A stretch of DNA of 64,000 bases, taken from Candidatus Omnitrophota bacterium. Lineage in GTDB: Bacteria; Omnitrophota; Gorgyraeia; Zapsychrales; Zapsychraceae. The DNA lies in assembly GCA_028280285.1 (NCBI GenBank), contig JANQMA010000026.1, positions 822-64,821 on the forward strand, in the 5' to 3' direction. The translations under genes were made by a program, and so were the position numbers. The notes under the pieces are model-generated. The model searched no databases. It was given only the letters and a program-made list of their open reading frames with translations, and was not told where the DNA came from. Shown piece by piece: positions 11,101-19,622 of this stretch (the first letter of the stretch is position 1; every line of letters starts with the position of its first letter).

Positions 11101-13742
11101 TTTATGTGTCCAAAGATCAGCTAAAACCAGAGGCCTATCGTGAATATGATAGTCGTTATGATATTACGGAAGCCGTAGTGGAAAATACTATGCAAGGTCT
11201 GGCACGGTTAATGCCCAAAACGACTGAAAGGCAGGGCAAAAATGGAGAAAACATGTTGCTTCCTCTGGCTGAAAAGAATATAGGAGCTAAGCAAATCACT
11301 TTTAATTATATGATTGGGGAGGATCATTGGCTTGCCTTTGCGCGCTATACTGAAGACCATGTGAAAAAAGCAAAGCGAACAATTAATGATCTTGAGAAAG
11401 AAAAAGAGCAATTAAACAGTAAGATAAAAAATGCTGAGGTGCCAGAAGAAAAAGATCAAACGGAGTTTCGAGTAGAAATTAATAGGCGCCTAACAGAGAT
11501 TGATCAAAAAATAGAGCACAACCAGAATATTAAGGCGGGAGGTATTATACCCACCCGTGTAAAGTTGGATGAAGCGGATTTTATGGTTATGGAGGGGTAT
11601 CTGGATTTATTGAAATTATTGCTTGAGAAGGATAAAGAAAGCTTAACAGATCAGCAGGTTGAGGCCATTGAAGTACTCCTTGACCAAAGAGCTCTTTTCT
11701 TAGATGAATTGTCTGATGCGGCTGAGGAAGATAGGAAGTTAGATAACGATGACCCTGAAGATACGCCACATTTGTTTGAAGTATTTAAAAAATATGGTAT
11801 TTCAGAAGTTCCTAAGCTGGACACAGCCGGAAAGATTCATTTATCGGCAAAGGAATTTAAAAAACGTCATCCGGATCAGCCTATTGAAATGAGGGTTGTA
11901 ATTACCAAGCGCGGCAGTATTATGGAAGATAAAATTCGCGATGAGCTTAAAGTTCCACATACTATTAATCCAGGTTTGGACTATCCGGTTTCTTCAACCG
12001 CACTGAGAACTGCGCTTGTGAATATTCCACGTGATAGGTTAGACCGAGGTGAATTGCCTTTTGTATTTATCGATACCGTGGATGAATTATTAGAATCTCA
12101 GAGGAGAGAACATCTTTATTCATTGTTATTGACAAAAAGTGAACCAACCCTAGCTAATGCACTTGAAGTTGTATTTCCTAAAAATCAAGCAAGAAAAGAA
12201 CAGCGGCATACTCAATTAAGAGCAGATCTTCAACAGGCGCTTCAAGAGGGATATTATACCAACAATGTAAATGTTGATGGGCATGTTGAGCCCAAAAACA
12301 ACCGTTCTGTATTGGACATTCAAGTTAATGACGATAAATTTCGTGTTGTCTATAATGTTGTCAATCGTGCAAAGACAAAGGGAAACATAGTTCGATTTGC
12401 TGTTAGCGATCAGAATAATAAAGAAATTAGTCAGACGGAGTGGTCAGAAAAATCTGTTTTAAGTAGTGCCGTAGAAGAATATTTGAAAAGTTATACTGGC
12501 GCTGTTGTTACGACATACTTGCCACTTGAGGAGTTAAGTAAACGTGAGCTTGTCCATCAAAGAGGTAAGGATCTCAATTTTCTTTCCAGCAATGATGGTC
12601 AAATTATGCAATTCATGCAAGAGTTTGCGCAGGAATTCACACATGATACTACTACTGAATCCCGTGAACAAGAATTATCAGAAGACTTTGAGCTTGTTGT
12701 CTTTGACCGCCCACGATTTTTACGTCAAGATGGGCGGATTGAGATTCAATTTACTCATCAAATATTTAATGATCCAGTTAATAAGGCATGGACAGCAGAT
12801 GGATATTTTCAATATATTGATGAAAAAATTGTTTCTGAGCTAAATTGGTTTTTAAGTGATAGGCGACTAAAAGCCGAAGCGCTAAACAATACGTTAACGA
12901 TCAATAAGAATAGAGACGGCATGCCTTACGTTACAATGGAAATTGAAATATCTAAGGTCTCGGCTACTTTGGGGCAAAAAGACAGTGAAAACGAGTCCGA
13001 CGCCCCGACTATGACCAGTGGACAAAGATTATTTGTTGTTAACGAATCGCAGAATAAGGTAAACCAATTTAGTGTAGAGGATATGGATCCTGATTTTGGA
13101 AGGATAAAAAGCACGGCAACGGTACGGTTTCTTCCGTCGAACGGTAACGGTGTTGTCAAGGGTATGGTGAGGTATATTCCTAATCAACGTGATAATTCAA
13201 ATCAAAATGAATTAAATAAATTAAAATTTAAATTAAAAGAAAAATATGTGCAGAATAATGAACAAGAAAAGCGCGATATCGAAGAGGAAATTAAAACACT
13301 TGAGACTAAGCTTAAAGAAAGCAGGGAAAATGTTTTAACAAAACTTGAAAAGGAGTTAAATTCTTTAAACGATGACCTCAATCCCGGAGAAACACAGGAG
13401 TATGATGTTAAACCTTCTCGACTCGTTACCAATGATGGCTTTGAACTAACCATTACGTTGCAGGATAACGCAGCGGTTACAGCCGATCCGGTGGGTGGTA
13501 TTGATCTTAATCCCGAGATGCTTGATCTTCAGATCAAACGCGACGCAAGCGGCATGCCGCTTCCGGTGAGTCAGCAGCCGATTATCAATATGGATATCGA
13601 AGGGTTTGTGCCGGTTATTATTAATATCACGCCTGTTACCAATGTTCCGCTTATGCTGGGTTTAATTAATGAAGGAACGATTGAGGTAGAAGAAGAGCCG
13701 CTTGAGGCCGTTCAGGCCGTCCGGTTTGATGAGTTGAGTTAA
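8193..13742 (+). CDS. Giant exported-family protein, paralog B (1849 aa)
   Basis: ATG 8193 is preceded by GGAAGGGG. Signal peptide ends ...APGSARA|QF. Has the conserved N-module and C-module (GGIDLNPEMLDLQIKRDASGMPLP...GFVPVIINITPVTNVPLMLGL) around a unique ~1400-aa core with coiled-coil stretches. Confidence 0.85.
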   Translation: MSISFKSSSKSPLTQITSLFVAFIFCFTSVIAPGSARAQFIPTPAVMPAVGSMVQISNAFDPLIIKGLTIHPENPLEFSFLVDLGDTNYSETKIKDESQRLITYFMAGLTVPESELWVNLSPYENNRIIPDSLGQTAMGRDLLAQDYLLKQLTASLMYPEDELGDKFWTQIKQRVEALYGPGVDIPTNVFNKVWIMPESAEIYIHNTSVFLLGSRLQVMLEEDYVAARKAIGADVAHMETAGELLGHQEVAEVVREVILPAIEEEVNFGENFSTLRQIFNSIILASWYKDNLKETILGQIYADQNKLKGIDENDKQTNQQIYQKYLEAFEEGVYNYIREEYDPAKQQIIPRKYFSGGWLHDQAALLTHENTVVEGQYGQPLDAAVLQNFGKAMTPEVVRKMKRVRAQLAQESAKTHTVESIAYQPLLSNIPKTIINNVEASQLTDLLQEDQINLIARKTLLELINQRGVLDYGIDVNVQAGEAIDFIFNTDMDDRIMRAVRTELQSEEELSTQRMLDLLDAFSVEVTIVEGGASRSEEMSLRDYIQGNLQHAVYLAHAVGNADERGDESTRVRKRRGIREQLERSFPGVSSVTLRTIARDLVKLQRNRLNDDHMSLIVQAVSDKVQAKVSFDQVYTTDEFSFRVRKQGQLEIAAARGNIFSDVSWGSLTVNQLGLIAQAVDNASIQDPVEPGTIQQQSMVKESADFNRITSYAGQSFQRDNLSQLMREASFVSESRENFVELRDQFERIRTASDPQGSIVGIKVIENTQPLQYGGGFELDGIVYVEQSLLDHIEKNNNPFNMRERMLRNFFRKGTALERKIAEYDELVQKYGESRLNLFPEGRVLQSYRDTLYGQLPADKNNTERLNIILEKHGFNNVKITEPDEKAIELTNILKEHIDIALYTMAINSANKFIDLNKNIRMHTDDPLLDSNEEYVANFFAFAAYPATVAHFITVALKGGALSYSDDNIFYVSKDQLKPEAYREYDSRYDITEAVVENTMQGLARLMPKTTERQGKNGENMLLPLAEKNIGAKQITFNYMIGEDHWLAFARYTEDHVKKAKRTINDLEKEKEQLNSKIKNAEVPEEKDQTEFRVEINRRLTEIDQKIEHNQNIKAGGIIPTRVKLDEADFMVMEGYLDLLKLLLEKDKESLTDQQVEAIEVLLDQRALFLDELSDAAEEDRKLDNDDPEDTPHLFEVFKKYGISEVPKLDTAGKIHLSAKEFKKRHPDQPIEMRVVITKRGSIMEDKIRDELKVPHTINPGLDYPVSSTALRTALVNIPRDRLDRGELPFVFIDTVDELLESQRREHLYSLLLTKSEPTLANALEVVFPKNQARKEQRHTQLRADLQQALQEGYYTNNVNVDGHVEPKNNRSVLDIQVNDDKFRVVYNVVNRAKTKGNIVRFAVSDQNNKEISQTEWSEKSVLSSAVEEYLKSYTGAVVTTYLPLEELSKRELVHQRGKDLNFLSSNDGQIMQFMQEFAQEFTHDTTTESREQELSEDFELVVFDRPRFLRQDGRIEIQFTHQIFNDPVNKAWTADGYFQYIDEKIVSELNWFLSDRRLKAEALNNTLTINKNRDGMPYVTMEIEISKVSATLGQKDSENESDAPTMTSGQRLFVVNESQNKVNQFSVEDMDPDFGRIKSTATVRFLPSNGNGVVKGMVRYIPNQRDNSNQNELNKLKFKLKEKYVQNNEQEKRDIEEEIKTLETKLKESRENVLTKLEKELNSLNDDLNPGETQEYDVKPSRLVTNDGFELTITLQDNAAVTADPVGGIDLNPEMLDLQIKRDASGMPLPVSQQPIINMDIEGFVPVIINITPVTNVPLMLGLINEGTIEVEEEPLEAVQAVRFDELS

Positions 13743-13748
13743 ATTTAT

Positions 13749-13818
13749 TAGATCCTAGATCCTTGATTCTTGATGCTAGATATCCAGAATCTAGAATCCA
13801 GGATCAAGCATCTAGAAT
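13749..13818 (+). terminator. Heptad-periodic hairpin after paralog B
   Basis: Left arm is tagatcc tagatcc ttgattc ttgatgc tagatat. Right arm is ccagaat ctagaat ccaggat caagcat ctagaat. It starts 7 nt after the stop codon. Confidence 0.5.
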
Positions 13819-13911
13819 GTGAATTTTTTGTAACACGTCTTCGCATTTCCCAAAATCGTATAAGTCATTTATCATCAGTAGTTTAGATTTATTCTATCCT
13901 GCGCCCTCCTA

Positions 13912-13939
13912 TTGAATTCCCTCTAATTTACGTTATACT
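13912..13939 (+). promoter_or_regulatory. Putative sigma70-type promoter of giant paralog C (TTGAAT-N16-TATACT)
   Basis: TTGAAT at 13912-13917, 16-nt spacer, TATACT at 13934-13939, about 61 nt upstream of TTG 14001. Same hexamers and spacing as at 8095-8122. Confidence 0.4.
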
Positions 13940-14000
13940 TTTACTACAGTATTTCTGTGACACAGTATTGTTCAATTCTACCAAATAGAAGGAGTTACCA

Positions 14001-17000
14001 TTGAAGTCGCTTAAATCTTTCATCCTATCTAAAGTCATTTCATCGCTTACTATATTAATATTTTTATTAGGTAATATTATTATTCCAACCAATACATACG
14101 CAGAGCAAATTGCCACGCCTGTCTTTATGCCGCCTGTAGGTAGTATGATAGGCGCAAGTGAAATGTATACGCCAACGATTATCAACGGATTAATCATCAA
14201 TCCCGATGATCCACTGCAATTTTCATTCCTTGTCGATGCCGGTGATGCGAATCTTCAAGGCGAGGCGTTTAAAGAAGAGTCGCAACGCTTAGTGAATTAT
14301 TTTATGGCGGGGTTAGCTGTTCCGGAAGATGAGATATGGGTTAACTTGTCGCCCTATGAGAAAAATCGTATTGTTCCTGATGCCTTAGGGCAAACAGCGA
14401 TGGGGCGTGACTTGCTTGCCCAAGATTATTTGCTTAAACAATTTACAGCTTCTCTGATGTATCCGGAAGATGAAATGGGTAAAGCCTTCTGGAAGCGAAT
14501 TAAAGAGAAGGTAAGCACCAAACATGGCATTGATGATATCCCGACTAATATGTTTAGTAAAGTTTGGATCGTCCCAGAAAGTGCAAAGATTTATATTCAC
14601 AATATGACAGTATTTTTAACGGATAGTCATTTAAAGGTTATGCTTGAAAAAGACTATTTAGCGACGCGTGAGGCGGTAGGTGATGATGTATCGCATATGG
14701 AAACAGAGCAGGAGCTTTTATCTTCAGAAAATGTTGCCTCTATCATACGAGACATCATTATTCCTGAAATTGAGCATGAGGTAAATCATGGCAAAAACTT
14801 TGCACCTCTTCGCCAAATCTTTAACTCGGTTATTCTTGCTTCCTGGTACAAGGCGAACTTAAAAGAGTCTTTGCTCGGACAAATCTATATTGACCAAAAC
14901 AAAATCGAAGGCATTAATGACAATGCGCCGGCAACGAATCAAGCGATTTACGACCAGTATCTAGAGGCCTTTAAAGCAGGCGTTTATAATTATGTGAAAG
15001 AAGAGTATGACCCTGCAGCCCAGCAAATGGTGGCGCAAAAATATTTTTCCGGCGGGATCGCAAACGATTTTGCAGCAATGGTTGATAATTCCAAATTACA
15101 AACAGTTGGAAAAATAATGGACGGGTTGGATCCGGCCAACATATCTGATTTGCAGAATAGCAATAGTGGGAGTATTCAAAGAGTAGATGTTGAAGTAAAG
15201 CCTGAAGAAATAAATCTTACTACAGTGGATGCTGCCATTTTAGAAGAAATTTCTTACATAAAAGCACTACTGGAACTTTCCTTTGAAGAAGAAGGTAATA
15301 ATGGTGATGAGGAATTTATTGAGGAAATCATGAGCAGTACATCGAGAATAATTGATTACTTCAAAGGTGCTGAAGAAAAGGATTTTAAATCTGACTATGA
15401 AGAAACTGTCCAACACTTAGTTTGGTGGCTTGGGTTCAAATTGCGTGAGGCTAGCTCTCCTGAGGATGGGTTAAATAAGACAATTCAAGTTAATTTCTTA
15501 CATAAAGGCAATGAATATGAGTACGTAGAAAAAAATGATATTAATAGGTCGATGGTAAGGGTTAAAAGTGACAGTTGGAAGAAGGAAGTTAGTCCAATAA
15601 ATACTCCAAGTCTTGCTGAGAACATCAGTTTACTTGAAGTCATGTTGGCTAGCAGTAGGCGAAACCTTGATACACATGTAAGGCGTCCAGTCAAAAACGA
15701 TGTCATTGAGCGTGTCAGGAAATGGCCTTTATTTGTTTTTGAGAATAACGCCGAAAGAAGATGGGTTCTTGATGCGCTTACAAGGAGACGTAATAAAGAT
15801 ATTAATTTAGGTAGCCTCCAGCTTGACGGCTTTGATGCTATTTTAGACAGAATTATTTCACGCCAACTAAAGGGTCAAAAGCGTAATGTAACCGTTGACG
15901 AAAAGCAAATACTTTTAAATCCTATTAATAACAGAAAAACTCTTTACGGAGGGGCGGATATAAGCAGCATACCTATTTTGGTATTACTTAGTATTGTTGA
16001 AGAGATTTACGAGCTGAAGATGTCTAATGAGGTTATTGAGACTACCAGGAAAAAGATGGAGTCAGTTAAGGATAATACTTGGAATATAGTTCGAAAATTT
16101 ATTGATGAGCAAATGAGCGAATATGAGGATCATGAATTGGTTTGGTCGATATATACGAAACCTGATTCTGATTTTAATACAGAAACAGTGTTGGTTATTG
16201 TTCCAAAGAAAGAAAATATAGATCGAGAAAAATTTAATCGGCAGATTGGTATTTTAAGTGAAGCGATTATTGAAAATGTAAATCTTCCCGAGGGGATAAA
16301 TATATTTAAACAAGGGGATAAAAACGCTTCAGATAAAGATTTATTAATCTTCAGAGAAAAAGAAGATGTTAAATTTACTGATGCTGAATCAGGAGAAATA
16401 TTGGAGTTTTATGAAGGAGTAAAGTTGCGTATTAAGCATGCTCCCGAATTTTTCCAACTTGACGGGAAAGGTAATCAATCAGTATTATCACAAAATGACC
16501 GCGAAAAACGGGCTGTGCGCAATATTACACGTGATTTTTATTTGGATTTACGTGTGGCAGATGAAACAAAAGACGATTTAAAACGGATCGATGTCCATTA
16601 TTATTATGGGCTTTCCTCTGGTCGTCGAGGGGTTGTGCCTATTTATGTAAAACAAGATGAGGATATTAACAATATTGCTGATGCGTTGTTGTTTGGTGTG
16701 CAGAGCCAGGTTAATGAAACTAATTTTTATAGACTTATATTTAATGATGTGCGCAGTACTTTAGTTAGACTTTTTGATGGAGAAAATCAAAAAAGACTTA
16801 ACCAGTTTGATAAAATTATTGCCGAAGCGGTAAAAAAAGGAAAATTTGCAAGCGAAGCAAAAGAAAAAATCTTTAAATGGGGCAGAGAAAATCAGCAGTA
16901 TACAGATAAAGAAGGATTAGAAGAGTTTCTACGTGCGCAATACGCGACTTTTAATATTGATTCAGAAATTATACTTAAGCATCTTCTTGACTCAGACTAC

Positions 17001-17330
17001 TTTTCCCAAATAAAAGATATAGTCCGCGGGTTTGACTTGAGCGCAGATAATGCTCATCTGACACCCGGTGGTATTGACCTTAATACCAAGATGCTTGATC
17101 TTAAGCTTGAGTATGATGGCAGCAATATACTGCCTACCGTGGATCCTGCGGTCTTAAAAGACATCAACATTAAAGGGCTTACCCCAATTATTACGAATGT
17201 GGTGCCGATCAGCAATTTGCCGCTTATGCTCGGGTTTGGTGATGGGCCGGGTTCGGATGACTCCGGGCCCTATACGATGGGGTCTGTTGGCGATCTTTCC
17301 TATCTTAAGTCGCAGGAGTTATATAAGTAA
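14001..17330 (+). CDS. Giant exported-family protein, paralog C (1109 aa)
   Basis: TTG start lies 6 nt after GAAGGAG. Signal peptide ends ...PTNTYA|EQ. The N-module is about 3/4 identical to paralog A by hand count over ~150 aa. C-module is GGIDLNTKMLDLKLEYDGSNILP...GLTPIITNVVPISNLPLMLGF. The core is unique. Confidence 0.85.
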   Translation: MKSLKSFILSKVISSLTILIFLLGNIIIPTNTYAEQIATPVFMPPVGSMIGASEMYTPTIINGLIINPDDPLQFSFLVDAGDANLQGEAFKEESQRLVNYFMAGLAVPEDEIWVNLSPYEKNRIVPDALGQTAMGRDLLAQDYLLKQFTASLMYPEDEMGKAFWKRIKEKVSTKHGIDDIPTNMFSKVWIVPESAKIYIHNMTVFLTDSHLKVMLEKDYLATREAVGDDVSHMETEQELLSSENVASIIRDIIIPEIEHEVNHGKNFAPLRQIFNSVILASWYKANLKESLLGQIYIDQNKIEGINDNAPATNQAIYDQYLEAFKAGVYNYVKEEYDPAAQQMVAQKYFSGGIANDFAAMVDNSKLQTVGKIMDGLDPANISDLQNSNSGSIQRVDVEVKPEEINLTTVDAAILEEISYIKALLELSFEEEGNNGDEEFIEEIMSSTSRIIDYFKGAEEKDFKSDYEETVQHLVWWLGFKLREASSPEDGLNKTIQVNFLHKGNEYEYVEKNDINRSMVRVKSDSWKKEVSPINTPSLAENISLLEVMLASSRRNLDTHVRRPVKNDVIERVRKWPLFVFENNAERRWVLDALTRRRNKDINLGSLQLDGFDAILDRIISRQLKGQKRNVTVDEKQILLNPINNRKTLYGGADISSIPILVLLSIVEEIYELKMSNEVIETTRKKMESVKDNTWNIVRKFIDEQMSEYEDHELVWSIYTKPDSDFNTETVLVIVPKKENIDREKFNRQIGILSEAIIENVNLPEGINIFKQGDKNASDKDLLIFREKEDVKFTDAESGEILEFYEGVKLRIKHAPEFFQLDGKGNQSVLSQNDREKRAVRNITRDFYLDLRVADETKDDLKRIDVHYYYGLSSGRRGVVPIYVKQDEDINNIADALLFGVQSQVNETNFYRLIFNDVRSTLVRLFDGENQKRLNQFDKIIAEAVKKGKFASEAKEKIFKWGRENQQYTDKEGLEEFLRAQYATFNIDSEIILKHLLDSDYFSQIKDIVRGFDLSADNAHLTPGGIDLNTKMLDLKLEYDGSNILPTVDPAVLKDINIKGLTPIITNVVPISNLPLMLGFGDGPGSDDSGPYTMGSVGDLSYLKSQELYK

Positions 17331-17445
17331 TAAAATAAAGAGAGGTTATGTTTGGGCTAGAACACTGAACACTAAGTTATTGCCCTATCCGCACTTTCGT
17401 GTATAATAAACTCACCCTTTAACTTCTACTATTCTTACTAATATA

Positions 17446-18513
17446 ATGATTAATATAGCGATCATCGGCTGCGGATATTGGGGGCCGAATCTTTTAAGAA
17501 ACTTCCAAGATATTGGTAATGTGCAGGTTACGCTTGTCGTGGATTTGGATAATGACCGTTTGGCGTATGCCGCGGAAAAATATCCCAAGATAAGGGTTAG
17601 CAAAGATTACCATGATGCGTTTGCCGGTGACATCGATGCTATTGTCATTGCCACACAGCCGACCAATCATTATCAACTCACCAAAGAGGCACTGGAACAT
17701 AATAAACATGTGCTTGTCGAAAAACCATTGGCCATGTCTGTCAGTGAAGCAGAAGAATTGGTGCGGATGGCCGATGCCCGTGATTGTATATTAATGGTGG
17801 GTCATACCTTTGAATACAATCCTGCTGTACGACTATTAAAACGTGAGATCGATTGTGGTACGATCGGCAAACCTTATTACTTTTATACCCAGCGTCTTAA
17901 CTTCGGTATTGTGCGTCAGGATGTCAGCTCCCTGTGGAGTTTGGCCCCGCATGATATTTCTATTCTCAATTATTTGATTGGAGGTATGCCAGAGCGTGTG
18001 GCGGCCCATGGGTTTGATTTTATCCAACCGCAACTGGCAGATGTGGTGTTTATGGTCTTGCATTATCCGGGGGGTGTCAAGGCACATGTGCAGGTCAGCT
18101 GGCTTGATCCGCGCAAGGTGCGTTCTTTAACGGTCGTCGGCAGTGAAAAGATGATTGTCTATGATGATATGGCCGATAGCAAAATACAGATTTATGATAA
18201 AGGGATCAAGCGTCAGAATATTGATGAGTCATTGGGACCTTATGATGATTTTGGTAAATACCAACTGATTAAATCAGCGGGCGATGTTACTTTTCCTAAA
18301 ATTGATTTTACCGAACCGCTGAGAAGTGAATGTGAAGAGTTTATTGAATGTATTACTGAATCAAGAAGACCCCAGGCGGATGGGCTCAATGGTCTTCAGG
18401 TTGTTTCTGTCCTTGAGGCTGCTGACCGGTCGATTAAAACAGGTGGAGAAGAAGTAGTAATAGAAGAGATAAAAGAAATAAGTGGCACGAAAGCTAGAAC
18501 CTATTACCTATAG
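17446..18513 (+). CDS. Gfo/Idh/MocA-family NAD-dependent sugar-nucleotide oxidoreductase (WbpB/GnnA-like), copy 1
   Basis: N-terminal Rossmann motif IAIIGCGYWGPN and EKPLA motif. Paralogous to 22989..23969 and 40330..41343. Confidence 0.75.
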   Translation: MINIAIIGCGYWGPNLLRNFQDIGNVQVTLVVDLDNDRLAYAAEKYPKIRVSKDYHDAFAGDIDAIVIATQPTNHYQLTKEALEHNKHVLVEKPLAMSVSEAEELVRMADARDCILMVGHTFEYNPAVRLLKREIDCGTIGKPYYFYTQRLNFGIVRQDVSSLWSLAPHDISILNYLIGGMPERVAAHGFDFIQPQLADVVFMVLHYPGGVKAHVQVSWLDPRKVRSLTVVGSEKMIVYDDMADSKIQIYDKGIKRQNIDESLGPYDDFGKYQLIKSAGDVTFPKIDFTEPLRSECEEFIECITESRRPQADGLNGLQVVSVLEAADRSIKTGGEEVVIEEIKEISGTKARTYYL

Positions 18514-18524
18514 ATTCGAACAAG

Positions 18525-19622
18525 ATGAATATTCCCCTCGTCGATCTAAAGACCCAATATAAATCTATTGAACAAGAGATTATGCTGGCGGTTGAAGAAG
18601 TTTTCACGTCGTGCGGTTTTATTGGTGGGCCACATATCAAGCAGTGCGAAGATGATTTTGCGGCGATGTGCGGTGCTGCCTGTGGTGTTGCGACCAGTTC
18701 CGGCACAACCGCGCTTCATGTGGCCTTAGACAGCCTTGGGATCACAGACGGCGATGAGGTGATTACTGTATCAAACACCTTTGCGGCAACCGTTGAGGCC
18801 ATTATCCAAACCGGTGCGACGGTTAAGTTTTGTGATATTGATCGTGATACGTACAATATTGATGTGACCCGAATCGAAGGGCTTATCACCGGTCAAACAA
18901 AAGCGATTGTTCCGGTTCACCTCTATGGGCAGCCGTGCGACATGGATGCGATTCTTGCTCTGGCCGATAAACATAATCTATGGGTGATTAATGATACGGC
19001 CCAAGCCCATCTTGCGCAATATAAAGGCAAGCCGCTTGGATCATACGGGCATTGTGGGTGTTACAGTTTTTATCCGGGTAAAAATCTGGGATGCTATGGC
19101 GACGGGGGAATGGTCATTACCAATGATGCACAGCTTGCAACCAAGATGAGAATGCTGACTAATCATGGAACGAGCAGTAAATATGTGCATGAAATGCCGG
19201 GATACAATTATCGTTTGGATGCTGTGCAGGCGGCTATTCTTAATGTGAAGCTTAGACATATTGTCAATTGGACCAAGCTTCGTCAAAAAGCCGCTGCCTT
19301 GTATACAGAAAAACTGAAAGATGTGGATGTTGTCACGCCATTTATTCAGGACGATATTGCACATGTCTTTCATTTGTATGTTGTACGTGTTGAAAATCGG
19401 GATGAGGTGTTTAAACACATGCAGGATCAGGGGATTGGGGTTGGTCTCCACTATCCTGTGCCTTTGCATCTGCAAAAAGCTTTTGCATCGCTCGGTTACG
19501 GCGAAGGAAGTTTGCCGGTGACCGAAGAGGTGGCGGGCAAAATTTTGTCTTTACCTATGTTTCCGGAGATCACCGAGGAGCAGATTGACTACATTTGTGA
19601 GAATTTGAAAGATAATGTATAG
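18525..19622 (+). CDS. DegT/DnrJ/EryC1/StrS-family PLP aminotransferase (WbpE/ArnB/GnnB-like), copy 1
   Basis: Family-typical N-terminus (IPLVDLKTQY), the GxxxGxYGDGG region, and the C-terminal SLPMFPEIT motif. Confidence 0.8.
   Translation: MNIPLVDLKTQYKSIEQEIMLAVEEVFTSCGFIGGPHIKQCEDDFAAMCGAACGVATSSGTTALHVALDSLGITDGDEVITVSNTFAATVEAIIQTGATVKFCDIDRDTYNIDVTRIEGLITGQTKAIVPVHLYGQPCDMDAILALADKHNLWVINDTAQAHLAQYKGKPLGSYGHCGCYSFYPGKNLGCYGDGGMVITNDAQLATKMRMLTNHGTSSKYVHEMPGYNYRLDAVQAAILNVKLRHIVNWTKLRQKAAALYTEKLKDVDVVTPFIQDDIAHVFHLYVVRVENRDEVFKHMQDQGIGVGLHYPVPLHLQKAFASLGYGEGSLPVTEEVAGKILSLPMFPEITEEQIDYICENLKDNV

Noticed and set aside
14775-14789. HExxH-like motif (HEVNH) in the N-module of paralog C, which could suggest a zinc metalloprotease.
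   Set aside because: The equivalent positions are YEINH in paralog A and EEVNF in paralog B. The motif is not conserved in an otherwise highly conserved module, so it is unlikely to be catalytic.
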